A stretch of DNA of 64,000 nt from the human T2T-CHM13v2.0 reference genome, Homo sapiens. The stretch lies in NCBI RefSeq assembly GCF_009914755.1, contig NC_060926.1. One strand, given 5' to 3'. The position numbers and the translations under genes are program-made. Of this stretch, positions 1 through 15,446 are shown one piece after another. How positions within the stretch are numbered: the stretch's first letter is position 1; every line of letters begins with the position of its first letter. The notes beneath the pieces are model-generated. The model had not been told where the DNA came from and made no database searches. It was given only the letters and a program-made list of their open reading frames with translations.

Positions 1-399
1 TCACTAAATTAATAGGACCACATCACAGGAAAGCCAATAAAGGCCTTTTAGAGGCTCCAGTCAGTGAATCCTTTTCAGTGTGATGCCTATGACATTCCTT
101 TATTGGTCCACAAGAAACAAACATAATGCAGACATCAACGTTATTGCAATAGTAGAGAGATTTCTGGAGCCAACAGAAGAGTGCTTAGAGTTCCAGCAAG
201 TAGCAGTAACAGGGTAATTTAGCAACAATCTCCATGAAAGACAAAACATACATGTGTAATTATGCAGGTGAACTCCTTAATACAAAAACTGGGAATTATT
301 AATTATAATGAAATAAGGGTTAACACTGATAACTTGATACAGTAGACACTGTTCTCAACATTTGAAATGCATGATTCCATATTAATGCACAGTGGGGAA

Positions 400-525
400 A
401 TACCATTATTATCCTTCTTTTACAGATTAAGAAACTGAGGCTTAGGGAGGTCAAGTAAATTGCCCAGGGTTACGCAGCCAGTAGACAGCAGAGCAAAGCT
501 TTGAGCCCATGCAGTCCAAATCCCG
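400..525 (-). mobile_element. MIR SINE fragment
   Basis: MIR core in reverse orientation (TTTTACAGATTAAGAAACTGAGGCTTAGGGAGGTCAAGTAAATTGCCCAGGGT). Confidence 0.8.
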
Positions 526-1165
526 CATATTTTTACTCTGCTGTGTTTTGTCTACCCTCAGCATCCTAGAATGGTAATACAACACAGGCTGACCACAGTA
601 AACTATATGCAGTTCCCACAGCACAGAAGCAGGTACCTTCCCACCTTGGCAACTTTTACCCAGGGAATTCTCTGCCTGGGATAGCTTCGTCCCCTACCTC
701 TGCAGCTTCATATTCACTCTCTAAGATTCAGCTTAAGTGTCACTTCTGGGAGGTTGCTACTATAAGAGCCTTCTGCCACTGACACGGTTAGATGCCCTTT
801 CTATGGCTTAACATGCATGATGTATGCAATACAATGTGTGCAATAAAGGAATAAGTAGTCAAGTAGGCTACCTGGGAGTGCAAACAGTGAGGAGAATGTT
901 GATATCTAGAACTACTGGAGTTTTATAAAGAAAAAGAAATCTACATTCACCTGACTGTGGTTAAATACCTTTGATGTTTTGAGCTACTGACTGCCTGATA
1001 ATGTTCCTATTATTTACTACTTTACAAGCCACAGGGGCGTAAGCTGCATTGAGATAGGCATCCAGTACTTATTTATTAGGGCCTTTTGATAGTCCGTGGT
1101 TCTTTATTTCAAGCCTCATTTAATCACAACAAACAAAAAAATACTCACATTATTAAGGTAAGCTA

Positions 1166-1517
<352 letters not shown>

Positions 1518-4500
1518 TCACCTTTTGCTTTTCTTGGCAAGCTTGTGAAATATTTATTGCATTTCTTTCCAAAGGCTTTAGAGTATCTTTCTCCTCCAGA
1601 GAATATTATTCTGTGACCTAATGCATGTCCCACCCTTGCCTACTTCAGCTGTGCTTCCATCTCCTGCCCCTTCACCTGACCCCTGTCTTTCAATGCTGCC
1701 TTTGGGTTAACTTCTTCTGACAATTTCTGTTGCCTTTCATTTAAGCTGTTACACTCCATATGGCTTCTCTTTCTTTGATGTGGCCCAGAATATATTACAA
1801 ACCACAGAACACAAACTCTATGATGAAATAATTCACCAAAGATTTTCTGCACTATTTTACCCAAGGCAGAAGTTAGCACAAGTTAAAAAAAAAAAAATGA
1901 AGAGCATTTAGACAAAGAGAAGGAGAAGGAGAGACCTCCATCTGCACATCACTCTTATGTGTAAAAGAACCACATGGACAAATGCTAGTGCAAACAGCCA
2001 TTGTGGATAAACTCAATGACAAAATCCAGCCAAGTCAATCACTGGTAGTCAGTGGGTCTGATTTGGGATTCAAATTTGAAATTCAATGGTAAATTGAACC
2101 AAAGCATATTAAAAAAATAAAAGATAAAAAAAAAGAATTTCAGAACTAAAAGTAAGTAGAACCAGAAAATGTTTTGAAGAAATTATTTACCCATTCCCAC
2201 TCAATGTCCAAGGGCAGTTAAGCAGCTTCAAGAGAAACTGTCCATCTTCAGTCAAGCTAATTGGGTAACAATACAATGGAATTAAAAATTATTCAACAGC
2301 CTTTGTGTCAGATATTGGTATATGTCGAAAATGAAATGGATTACTCAGTTGAAGGTTAAAAGTTCTCCAGGTATTTGCAGATTTAGTTTTGCATACAGTA
2401 AAGTGAAAAAGAGGAGGGAAGGAGAGAGAGATAAGAGTGAGAGAGGGAAAGAGAAAGGAAGTGAGAATAAAGAAAGAAAAAACTAGACTACAGGCTTTCC
2501 AGAGATCTTGTTCAATTCAGGTTCTGCAGCTGAGCTGCAGAATATCCTTGAGCAAGAGTTCCAACATTTATGATCAAACTTGTTCATCAGTTAGGCAAGG
2601 CTAATTAGGACCATTCACCTTCCCTACCTAAAAAGCATAGTTCATATTAATTAACTTGGACATTTGAACAGCCTGTGCTCTGCACTAGAAAAGGTGAAAG
2701 GATATTTCATGGTTGTTTAGCAATTATCTGTGAAATTATTTAAGTTGTCAGAAGAACCAATACATATCTGCCCCAGGAGACCTCCCACGCCATCACATCA
2801 GCCACATGTTTCTTGTTTGTAAGAGAAAAGCATTCCCTCTTCTCTCTCTCTCTCTTCCACTCTTTTATTCCTTGTCTCTTTTCTCTTAAATATTCTTGTC
2901 CTCTTTTATGAGACTGTCATGATCTTTTTTGCTGGACATTATCCTAAATCTTCTAAAGACTAAGCAACCAAGTCCGGTAAAAATTGTTCTCCACATTCTG
3001 TTCACCCCGCCCCAAGCCACTATAGGCACCTCATGTCTTTTTTCCCTTTTTGTGGGCTGACCCATATTTTCTAGTCATGTTGTATTAGCAAGGGAAAGAG
3101 TTAATGCCTGCATTCTCAGATCTTTTCTATTAATCCCATGAAACAGATTAACATAGATGTGTTTTTATATACCATTGGCATGTAATTCTGGACAATTGAA
3201 AAGAATAATTGAGGGTGACTTTCAAATAGTGTCTTATGTTGTTTTGTGTTTTACTAACACAGGGAAAAAACAAAGGATGCTAGAAGGTTATATTCTAAAA
3301 TAAATATGTCAGGAAACTATTTCACAGGGATTAAGTTATTGTGTTGCTTTCTGACACCATTGTATTCTTTTCCCTCAAGAATTTGTGAAAAGTAGCCCCA
3401 CTATGACTTGCAAACATGCTGCTTTCCTTGACTTTTGGATAGCTCCTAAGATTTGTTTTTTTTAAAGGTTAGGTTATACATCAAAAGTGTACTACAAAGT
3501 TATTGGCTTGATCTTTGAACCAGTACAGGTTATCTGGGATCTAATTCATAATTTGTAAGTAATATATAAAACAAGTTGAGAGAAATAGGGGGAAAAAAGA
3601 AAGAAAAAGAAAACTTTGCAAAAAGCACTACTTAAAAAAAGTTTTATGTAAAGTTTTCAAATATTGCTAATTAACTGAAGGCATTTTAGAGTAGGCCAAC
3701 TGTAGCCACAGAAGGTAGTTTTAGAAAGTAAGTTCAAAGAAATCTGAAAATTATTTAAGCTTTACATCTAGAGATGGAATTCCTTTAAAATGTTACTAGA
3801 ATTCATTTACCAGGTTTATTCTGTTATCTAATTTTTCATTATAAAAATAAACATAAATTTACCTGTTAGTCAACATTTAATTATGAATTTGGCTCCTTTA
3901 TACCAGGTACTATAGTAGCTGCTGGGAATAAGCTAAAAGATCATCTTTTACCACAGGAGTTATGTTTAGCCAGGGTGAAAGACAATCACCTGAGCACTTT
4001 TAGGGCTCTCACAACAGATAAATGTAATTTTTGTGATAATCCAACTCACAAAATGTATACTTGAAAATTATGATTCATTGGAGTTAGAGAACTTTCACAT
4101 CATCCAAAACATCCAAATTAGCAACAGTTGCTTGTGAGCTGGCAGACATTCTGCTCTGGTTATTAGTTGGGAGAACTCTATTGATGGACATTCAGATGTG
4201 CAAACAATCCAAAACCCCCCACAATAACATCCGCACTTGGAGGAACTCTGGCTCTTACTGTAGACTTTACTGTAATTGTAGCAGTTACAGTCATGTGGTT
4301 AAGGGGAAAAACTGGCAGAATTCCGCATAGCATTTGTAGCCCCATCAATCTGAAATAAGAGAATTTTTCAACCACATTGCTGCTAATTTCTAACCTGCCC
4401 ACACCGGGTATAATAGTACAATGTTAAATCTAAGTAACATACTTGGAGTTATTAATACCAGCTTTGACTTCAACCAATATAATGACTTGAGATTATTGTT

Positions 4501-5893
4501 GATGTTTCTTGAAATGGAAAAAAATATTAATTAAGTCAGGTGGCAGACACACAAATGTGCTATTATGTTTCCATAAAACATATTTCCATGGACCATATTA
4601 TAAATACCTAACAGGCAAGCTGTAACTTTAATCTTATATATAAAGCTAATTATGAAATTGTAAATTAAAAAATAATGATTAGCAATCCATTATGCATTAA
4701 CTATGCAAAGCTATGTCCGTTAAATCTGATATATTTTACTCCTAGGAAAGTTCTCATCAGATTCCATTAACTCTTATTTTAGAAATTTCTAACAAGTTTA
4801 GGTAACTAGTTTACTGCCCAAGAGCAAAATGTAAGTAATAAGCTTGATATAAGCAGGATCTGATTTTGAGACAAGCACATTAATGGCAGCAAATTGCAAT
4901 GAAATAAAGAGGAATGTGAGAGAAGGAAAAAAAGCTTTGGAAAGCAGAAATCAGAACTCCAAAAGTAAACTAGTTTTTCGCCATTAGGAAGAAAGGTAAA
5001 CAACTTTTTACATTTCATTAGCCTCTAAGGACAAATGATCATAATATAATAATCACCAAAATGGTTAAATACAGTAATATATTGTGAAATTCATTTTTAA
5101 AGAATTTAAGAAAGTAAACATTGGTTAATAATTTGAGAAAAGTATGTTTTCATTGTTAATAAATTGTGCTTATGCAAAATACTTTGTTTTCTACTAATGA
5201 ACATCTTCCTGTAAAAGAAAACCCATTTGATTAGAAATAAAAAGGAATCTCTTTAAAGACCATTTATGTCTTCAATTACAAAGTACTTATTAATTGAACC
5301 TCAGTTTATCTCTGTGTTATTTAGCACTTTTTAATTTCCACCTAGTATCACAATTATTAATATTTGTTTAGGATTGTCCTGTTAGATCATTAGCTACTTG
5401 AAGATAGAGAGTGGATATCAGACACCTGAATTCATCTTTGTATCATATGCTCTCCTTCCTCACTCTGCAAGGCCTAAAAGGTAGAAAGTGCTCAATAAAT
5501 GAAGAAAAATAACTTGTAATGCCCACATCTACATCCTCTATTCTTTTAATGACAATACATAATAGTATCAAAACTTAAATTTGGATAACACTGTAAAAGG
5601 TACATTTATATGAAGAAATCATTCAATATGATTTGAACTCAAATAAAATTAACAGAAAGGTTAGTCAAATGAGTGAATGAATGAAAGTATGAATTATTGA
5701 ATATTCTTCAAAAATTACAGATAAGCAGAAACTAATGTTGCCTATTAATAAATTTCCAGAATGTGTGGGTTGAAATTATTTATTATATCAATTACATATT
5801 ATAGTAATTTTACATTAGGTAGATTACAATTTGCATTTTTTTGTTGAAGAAAAGCTTAAAATTAAAACAAAGCTTTACTTTAAAATGCCCCCT

Positions 5894-6513
5894 TGGAACA
5901 CTTATACACTGTTGGTGGGAATGTAAATTGGTTGAGCCACTGTAGAAAGCAAATGGAAGATTTCTCAAAGAACTTAGAACTATCATTGGAATGAGCAATC
6001 CCATTACACAAAGGAATATAGATCATTATACCAAAAAGACACATCCATGTGTATGTTCATTGCCATGCTATATCCAATAGCAAGGACATGGAATCAACCT
6101 AGGTGTCCATCAGTGGTGAACTGGATAAAGAAAATGTGGTACATATACACCATAGAATACTACAAAACCACAGAAAAGAATGAAATCATGTCCTTAGCAA
6201 CAACATGGATGGAGCTGGAGGCCATAATCCTAAGCGAATTAATACAGAAACAGAAACCCACATACTGCGTGTTATCACTTACAAGTGGGAGCTCAACTTT
6301 GAGCACACATGGAAATAAACATGGGAACAATAAACACTGGGAACTACTACAGAGGGGAGGGAGGGAGGCAAGGGGTTAAAAAACTACCTATTGGATACTA
6401 TATTCACTACCTGGGCCCAATATACCCATGTAACAATCCTACACATGTATTCCTTGTATCTAAAATAAAAGCTGAAACAAAAAAAGAAGAAGAAAAAAGA
6501 AAGAAAGAAAGAA
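5894..6513 (+). mobile_element. 5'-truncated L1 (L1PA15/16-L1PB-like) 3' end
   Basis: ORF2 C-terminal remnant (RTWNQPRCPSVVNWIKKMWYIYTIEYY), L1 3' UTR, AATAAA and A-rich tail; TSD AAAATGCC(C/T)CCT at 5882-5893 and 6514-6525. Confidence 0.9.
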
Positions 6514-7169
6514 AAAATGCCTCCTACTAAGTCTTCTTGCATTTCTAATTAATGAGGTCTAAAACAAGAGGTTTTACACTACATATTTCAATAACCATGA
6601 ATCTCGGTTCTCCTAAGCAATTTCTTTTTATTATGATATATTTTATTTTCAAGACAGTTTGTTAAACAGGATTTAATTTTTAACCTTTGATAGACACATA
6701 TAAATGTGTCTATTAAATTCCAATCATATAATAGTATTTTTATTTTGAAAAATATTTTCACTATGTCTATATAATATTCATGCTCAGGTTAGGGCTCAAT
6801 CTCAAGACATTTAGCAGGGTTTAGGATTTATTCAAGAATAAATCAGCAGTTGAGCATCATTATTTTCATTAAAGTAGTCAAAATTTTTCTGATTAATTAT
6901 ACTCTTTTTATACTTATAATAAACACTATAAAGAGAGAGTAGAATTTAGTTAATCAGATAATGCCATATGACTGCAATCTGCAACCTTGATATCTAGGTG
7001 TACCTTTTGGGTAATAGAGAGTGAAATCATCTCTTAGTGACAACAGCTAAATTATCAGAATTCAGCTGCACAAGAAGAAGAATTGGTTTCCCATGTATAA
7101 CAGGAAGTTCTTTCATATCTAAGCAGGGACTACTGGTAAACATAACAAGTATTCTAGCATAACTCTTGG

Positions 7170-7234
7170 AGGAAAGAAGATAGCAAAAGGCAGATGTGCA
7201 AAAGGAAAGAAGATAGCAAAAGAAGATGTGCAAA
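7170..7234. repeat. Tandem duplication of a 32-33-bp unit
   Basis: AGGAAAGAAGATAGCAAAAGGCAGATGTGCAAA followed by AGGAAAGAAGATAGCAAAAGAAGATGTGCAAA. Confidence 0.85.
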
Positions 7235-7498
7235 AGGCAGAGAGCTGAGTCATTTTGATAAGCAAATGCTCAATCACCTGTTAATATTGTTTTGCTTGTT
7301 AAATCCATTAAGCTCTTTTATTAATGTAAGAAGATGGGTGATCCTGTTTTGAATAGAGGATTATTTGAACAAGGCAGGAAATAATCCATTCACCCATTCA
7401 TTTAATATGGAGTACATAAAAAGTGCCAATCACTGTGCCAGAAGCAGAAAATAGAAATAAGAAAATGACTTTCTTTCCCCTAAAACTGCATTGTTGTC

Positions 7499-8659
7499 CA
7501 TAAAATACATAATTGATAAGCTGGACTTCATTAAAATTAAAAACCTCTGCTCTGTGAAAGATAATGAGAAGACAAGCCACAGACTGAGAGAAAATATTTA
7601 CAAAGGCACATCTAACAAAGAACTGTTATTCAAAACATAGAGAGAACCCCTAAAACTCAACAGTAAGAAATCAAACACCCCAATTTAAAAATGAGCAAAA
7701 GACCAGAACAGACACCTTGCTGATGAAGATATATGATGGCAAATAAACATATGAAAAGATGCTCAACATCATATGTCATTATGAAATTGCAAATTGAAAC
7801 AATAAGCTACCACTGCACACCTATTAGAATTGCCAAAATCTAAAACATCAAATGCTGGCGAGGATGGTGGAGCAACAGGAGTTCTCATTCATTGCTGGTA
7901 GGAACGTAAAAGGGTATAGCTATTTTGGAAGACAGTTTGGCAATTTCTTACAGAACTAAATATATTCTTACTATACAACCTGGCAAATTGCTCTCCTTGG
8001 TATTCTCAAATGAGTTGAAAACTGGTATCCACACAAACAAAACCTGCACATGAATGTTTATAGCAGCTTTATTCATAACTGCCAAAACTTGGATTCAACC
8101 AAGATGTCCTTCAGTAGGTGAATGGATAAATAAACTGTGGTGTATCCAGATCATGGAGTATTATTCATCATGAAATGAACTATCAAACATGAAAAGACAT
8201 GGAGGAAACTTAAATGCATATTATTAAGTAAAAGAAGTCAATCTGAAAAAGTTACATACTCTGTAATTCAAACTATCCTGACATCTGGAAAAAGAAAAAA
8301 CTATGGAGACAGTAAAAAGATTAGTGGTTGCCTGAGGATGGAGGCAGAACACAGATAGTTTCTAAGTCAGCAAAACTACTCAGTATGATACTACAATTGT
8401 AGATACGTGTCGGTTTTCATTTGTTCAAACTCAGAATGTACATCTAGAATGAGCCCTATGGTAAACTGATGGACTTTAGGTGATGATATATTGAAGTAGG
8501 TTCATCAGTTGTAACAAATGTATCTCTGTGGTGTGAGATGTTGACAGCAGAGGAGGTTGTGCATGTGGGGGAGAAGGGCAGGGTATATGGGAACTCTGTA
8601 CTTTCCACTCAATTTCACTGTAAACCTAAAACTGATTAAAAAAATAAAGCCTTAAAAAG
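7499..8659 (+). mobile_element. L1MC-like 3' fragment, apparently inserted into an antisense L2 3' end
   Basis: ORF2 3' remnant (GACTTCATTAAAATTAAAAACCTCTGCTC) and L1MC1/2-type 3' UTR (GTAGGTTCATCAGTTGTAACAAATGTA...GGGTATATGGGAACTCTGTAC...AAACCTAAAACTG). L2-like sequence flanks both sides (about 7390-7495 and 8660-8770). Confidence 0.85.
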
Positions 8660-9499
8660 ACTGCGTTATCTACTAAGAAATGCAGACAAATAATCAAATG
8701 ATGACATTATGGCATCTCAAATGTTATAAAGAAGACACGTCTACATGGGAAGATACCTTGGGAGCACAGAGCGGTGACAGAACATTCGAGCTGGAAAGAA
8801 GAAAAAAGGAATGTCAAGGAGGCATATCTCTGCTTATTTCCAAACTCCAAACAGGAAAATAATTCAAATGTATTCTACGCTTCTGCAAGAAAAGGAGAGA
8901 GAAAAACTGGGCAGAATTCTCTTTAAAGAGAAGGGAAATAGGTATTTCTTTTGGCAATGAGGTAGCTAAAAGTGAGTGACACAACAGGAAGTTGAGAAGG
9001 AAGAAAGACTGATGTGGGGAACAGAGGGAAGCTGAAGACACTGACCAACTCCACTAAAAGCAAGGTACAGACATCTGCAAACCGTTTCATTCTAAATATT
9101 TTCTCTAGATAGTACTTCAGAAATTTCATGGAAGAGGCATAGTACCAAGGTACAGAGTGAGCATAAAACTCTTTACTAACTCTAGGCCCAAGGAAGTACA
9201 GTTTCTCAATCAGCAGAGTGTGTAATCAAAGGTTCGCGTAGACATTTTCATCACAGAGTTGTGAATAAATTCTGCTACTGAGTCACAATATTGTTCAATT
9301 GACACAAGGGGTTTTAAGAATATTCTAAAAGATGTATTTAAAAAACCTATATTAATTTATTACCATTTGTATTAATAAACTGGTAGCTTCAAGTACCCGA
9401 TATTTTTTAATTAGTAAATTAATATTCTGCAGCTAAGATAAAGCAATTGTTGAAAGGATTTATATTCCACATTATTCTTAAAAATATTTAAGCTGGATT

Positions 9500-9791
<292 letters not shown>

Positions 9792-10099
9792 AAGCTGGAT
9801 TATATAATCACAAAAATATGTTGTATATGAGAAAAAAAGAGGCAATTTTTTAAAGGGAAAATAAATATGAGGATGTATTAATAGTAGGAAAACATGGATT
9901 AGGCTAATATAAAAATGCCTACCATAAAATCCTATGAGAAGAATAGACTACACACGTGGCAAATCTCTTCCTAAACTGACAAGAAAAAGGGCATTTGGTC
10001 ATTTACACAATTCATGATGTCATTAAGGAAAATCAAACCAATTTCCAAGGAAATGCTATCTAGAAATAAAACCTACCCAACGGTCACAATTTTTCTACG

Positions 10100-11785
10100 T
10101 TTGAGAGAGATGATAAACCGAAAAAGCTCAATGAATCCCAAGGACAAAAAACATGAAACATTCACACTAACGGATATCATAATGAAATCCATCAAATCAG
10201 TGATAAAGAGAAAATCTTAAAAGCAGCCAGAGAATAAAGACACATTACATGAAGAAGAAAGATAAGGATGAAAGATTTCTCATCAAAAACAATGAAAGTA
10301 AGAAGACAGAAGACCAACATTTTAAAGTACTAAAAGAGAAGCTTGTCAACCAATAATTTTATATTCAATGAAATTTTTTTTAATGGAAGTGCTGAGAGAT
10401 TCAATCACCAGCATACTACCCATAAGAAATGCTAAATGAAGCCCTTTAGGCAGAAGGAAAATGATACCAGATTAAAATGTGGAGATATATAGATATATGA
10501 TTTTTAATTATTATTTAAATATTTTATTAAAATATAGATATATAATTTTTATTATTTAAAGCTCATTGATAGTTTACAAAAATAATGATATGTAGGGCTT
10601 ATACCATATAATTCACATATAAGTGAATTATATGACAACAATAGCATATAGTTCAGAACGGGAAAAACAGAAATATATTGTTGTAAGGTGAAGCAGTACA
10701 ATGCCAATTTAAAGTAGACTGCAATAGCTTAAAATGTATACTCTAAACACAAAAGCAAAAGGCAAAATAACAAAACAGTTACAGCTAATAAGACAACAAA
10801 AAGATAAAATGAAATCATGTTTTGAAATCCTCAGTTATTCAAAAGAAAATAGAAAAAGAGAAAAAAGGGAACATAAAAACAGATGGCATACACGGAAAAC
10901 AAATAACAAGATGGTAGGTTGAAGCCTGACCATGTCAGCAATCATATTAATTGTAAATACAAGTGAGAGAATGACGTACTGGACAAAAATGCAAGACCAA
11001 CTATTTGCTGTCTACAGAAAACTTTTGTGTTTTTTTTTTTTTTGAGACAGGATCTCACTCTGTAGCCCAGGCTAAGGTGCAGCGGCTTGATCACAGCTCA
11101 CTGCAGCCTTGACCCCCTGGGCTGAGGTGATCCTCCCATCTCAACTTCCGGGGTAGCTGAGACTACAGTTGTGCGCTACCATGCCCAGCTAATTTTTGTA
11201 TTTTTTGTAGAGACAGGGTTTTGCTATGTTGTCCAGACTGGTCTCCAACTCCAGGGCTCAAGTGATCCACTAGGATTATAGGCATGAGCCACCACGGATA
11301 GCCAGCAAACCATTTTTAAATATAAAGATACAAATATATTAAAAGTGAAGAGATTTTTTTAACATGCTAACACTAATCAAAAGAAAAATGGAATGACTAT
11401 ATTGATATCCAAAATAGATCTCAGAGCATAGAATATTAGCAGGGCTAAAGAAAGTCATTTCATAATGATAAAGGGGTCAATCAAGCAAACATAAGAATCT
11501 TAAACATATATACATTTAATAGAAGAGCTTCAAAACACATAAAACAAAAAATGATAGAACTGCAAGGAGAAATAAACAAATCCAACATTTTAGTCAGACA
11601 TTTCCACTCTTTCAATAATTGACAGAATAAGCATAATGAAAGACAATGAGAACATACAGGACTTGAACAACACTGTCAAACTTGATCCCACTGACATTTG
11701 TAAAGCACTGTGCCCAACATTGGCAGAATACACATTCTTTTCAAGTGTACACAGAACATGTATTAAGAGAGACCATATTCTAGGT
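10100..11785 (+). mobile_element. Old L1M fragment (ORF1 3' part, inter-ORF spacer, ORF2 endonuclease region), interrupted by an AluJ
   Basis: A-rich L1 signatures GATAAAGAGAAAATCTTAAAAGCAGCCAGAG, CATTTCATAATGATAAAGGGGTCAAT, GCAGAATACACATTCTTTTCAAGTG; frames are broken. Confidence 0.85.
11023..11303 (-). mobile_element. AluJ SINE
   Basis: Poly-T followed by reverse Alu with J-type GATCACAGCTCACTGCAGCCTTGAC; internal deletion in the left arm. Confidence 0.9.
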
Positions 11786-14283
11786 TGAAGAGAGTTACAT
11801 TTCTCTGCCTATTAAAGCGAGTCAATTATTTGTGTATATTGGTGGGGACAGAAAAAGAGGACAAAAGGACATGGAAGGAAGTCAGAGGTCAGAGCCTGAT
11901 TTGTAAAATATAGCCAAGGGACTTTCTAAGGGCAGAAAAATGTAATATGCAATTTTAAGTTATCTGTGTCGTAAATGCTGTTCCCCTTTTACATTTGGTG
12001 TGTAACCCCAAATCTCAGTGAATGTCTTCTGTTCCCAGCTGCCTCCTGTGAATAGTCTGAGGAGAAGGAGAACACAGAATAAAGGAGGAAATGCTCCCAC
12101 ATTTGACTTGAAGCCAGGCCAGAGATAAAGGAGCAGCCTCAAGACTTAGAGTAATGAGAATTCAACAAAAGCAGGAAACTGGAGTCAGAGGTGACTAGCA
12201 CAGATATATTTGCAGAAATCCTGAGGGCATCGGACTTGCCATAAAACACAGTGGCAGGGTTTGAGCTGACCTTATCCTGATGCTTGAAGCAAGGTGACCC
12301 CAGGGAACATGTGTGTTACATTTTTTTCTCTCCTCACAAGTCACCATAAGAGAAAAGAAGCAGTATAGATCTATTTCTCCACTGTTAAAAATGATACCAA
12401 ATCCTTCCACTTACAAAGGAAAAGTGGCTACAAAAGTTTATTTTAAAATATTATTTCCATGACATACCTATCACCCCACTGAATTTGAGCATAGTATCAA
12501 AAGCATAGCAATAAGTTGGAACCAACAAAGACATAAAAATGAGAAAAAAAAAAACTAGAATATCCTCAGGGTAGGAGATCAGACATATAAACAGGCACGT
12601 ATTCTCAGAGTGCCTCCAGCTACTTGTGTTTCTGTGCCCCCACACATTTTTAACATTTTTCAACTGACAGCATATAGGAATAGGGAAATGCAAATCAAAT
12701 CCCCTTTTTGTTTTACTGATATAGGCAGAGGATAAAATAAATCATGAGCTTTCAGCAAGCTGTAGTATATTTGGACTCTGTTTCCAAAAATCTTCCATAG
12801 CAGAGGAGGGCTCAGGACCTCGGTCACCTATGGGAATTCAAGGAGGATATTTGACAGGATTCTCTCAATTTGAATTTTTGAGAGTCATGGAATCTTAGTA
12901 CCACTTGTCAGTTCCCATTTGTCCGAACCTTTCTGAGAGTTAAAAAGGACCTGGTCGCACTGCTTGGACCACAAGGCTGCCATGCAAGGAACATCTGAAG
13001 CCCCACGCCACCCACAAGCAGCAACTGCAATGGGACAGAGGTGGGAGTGAAACTCAGGTCCTAGAGCAGAGAGGATCTTCTCACGGTCTGAAGTCAGTAT
13101 GTTAAACTGCTTGATGTAGCTGTCTGTTTACTTATCCATATTCCCCGGATATTATTCCATGAGGGTGGTAAAATTGTCTAGATTATCACCTAGACATTTG
13201 AGACTCTCCTACTTAGCACAAGAAGGTGCTTATTAGTTGTAGAATTTGATTCTTGTTGAATTCAAAGAGTGTGAACAAGCCTGGAATGGGAAAAATTAAA
13301 AAAGTTGTCATCATGGCTACGGTAGGAGCTTTAGCCACCAAGTGGTAATAAAGCAAGTAGCCCTCTGAGAGCTGGTGTGATTCCTCCCAGCTATCAAAGC
13401 AGGGCAGTCCCTTAGATGCAAGTGGCATGTGGGTTAATTACCCAAAGAGGATAGTTAATGTTATGGAGACTTAGGGAATATATTTGTGGTTTTTTTTTTT
13501 AAAGTGTAGAATGTAACAAAATTCAAACTCTAGGCCAACCTGAGAAGTAAGGAAACAATTGTACAAATGATCTCCTTCCTCTGTCTGTGCCTTTTCAGCA
13601 TCATTTCCAGCACAGAGCTCCTTTTTCCCTGCTTTGCCACAGTCCACATCCTCTCTATTCCTCTACCTTCATCTGAATAAATCAGCTCCTGGTAACCAGA
13701 ACATGAGTAACACTAAACATCTCCTATTTTAGAAAATGGCAATTTGGTAAATATATTTTTACCAGGATGTCATGACTGCTAAGAAGTTTGTGTGTTAACC
13801 TTCTTAGGCATATTTGCATTTGTGCCAGAATAAGTCACATGTTAAAAAGAATTCACGAAAATGGGGATATTTGAGAAATCAATGAACCTGGATTTTTTAA
13901 AAGATGAAAGCAATATAACAGGAATTATAATCCAGCATGGAAAGAATAATTTGTTTTCATTTAAACTAAAGTGGGGGACAATAATTTGTTTTATTTGTAA
14001 TACCCCTTCTACTGGCCTTCAGTTGTTTCATTTAGAAAAGTATTTGCAGTAGAGTAGCAAATAATTCAAATTGTATACTTATAAGATCACTTGAGAATTT
14101 TACTTCATCTTTAAGAAAACTGCACATAATTTTGCTTATTTGTGCTTCTTTATTAGACTTTAACAGAGGATATAAATCATACTGTGTCTTGTAAAAAGAC
14201 TAAAACAGGCATTATAGAGGATTTACAGTTTCCCCTTTGACTTCAATTGTGCCTCTTCTTTTTTTCTTCTCTCCTCCCACACT

Positions 14284-14311
14284 TTGTTGTTGTTGTTGTT
14301 GTTGTTATTGT
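14284..14311. repeat. (TTG)n microsatellite
   Basis: Run of TTG units seen directly. Confidence 0.85.
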
Positions 14312-14463
14312 TTTCTGCTACCTCACCTACCCCTGATACTTGACTAACTGATAAATGGCAAGGCTTGCAAGAACGGCACTCAGAAAGTACTACTCTGACA
14401 GCTATCCAATGGGATTACATCAACAATCCTGAGCCGGAAGCAAGAAAACCAGAACGTCGGTAA

Positions 14464-14934
<471 letters not shown>

Positions 14935-15446
14935 TATTTGAGTTATTTAATGCATTTTGTTTCATAGTCTTAATGCAAATGTTAACATTCAAATATAAAC
15001 TTCTGTGTATTGCATAATATAAAGTCATATATACACATATATAGGTGTGTATGTATGTATTTGTATATAAACTCACATGTATATGCATATGCCTATTGCA
15101 GATTTTACCAAAGACATCCTCCAGTGCATTACTAATCAGGGTCAAGATGTCAGGCAGGGCTGCATAGGAGCTGGATTAAGGTTGTATGGCTACATATGAA
15201 CAGGTAGTAGATGAGTTTCTCCCCTTTTCAACTTCTCTCCTACCTGTGATTCGTCTTTTTACAGTTTCCTTAACTTTTCAATCTAAGATTGTATCAAAAA
15301 ATAGTTTGTCCTGGATTATTTAAGAACATTTATTAACCATTTGCAGACATAAGAGATCTATAAAACTTTCTTCCTGGAAGAGAGCAGACATCAATCTGCT
15401 TATTTTCGAGCTGTGATCGTTTATCAAGTCTGCTTCTGTGACATCT

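Noticed and set aside
78-212. Open frame between AG and GT (MTFLYWSTRNKHNADINVIAIVERFLEPTEECLEFQQVAVT)
   Set aside because: Short pyrimidine tract, mediocre donor, no recognised homology.
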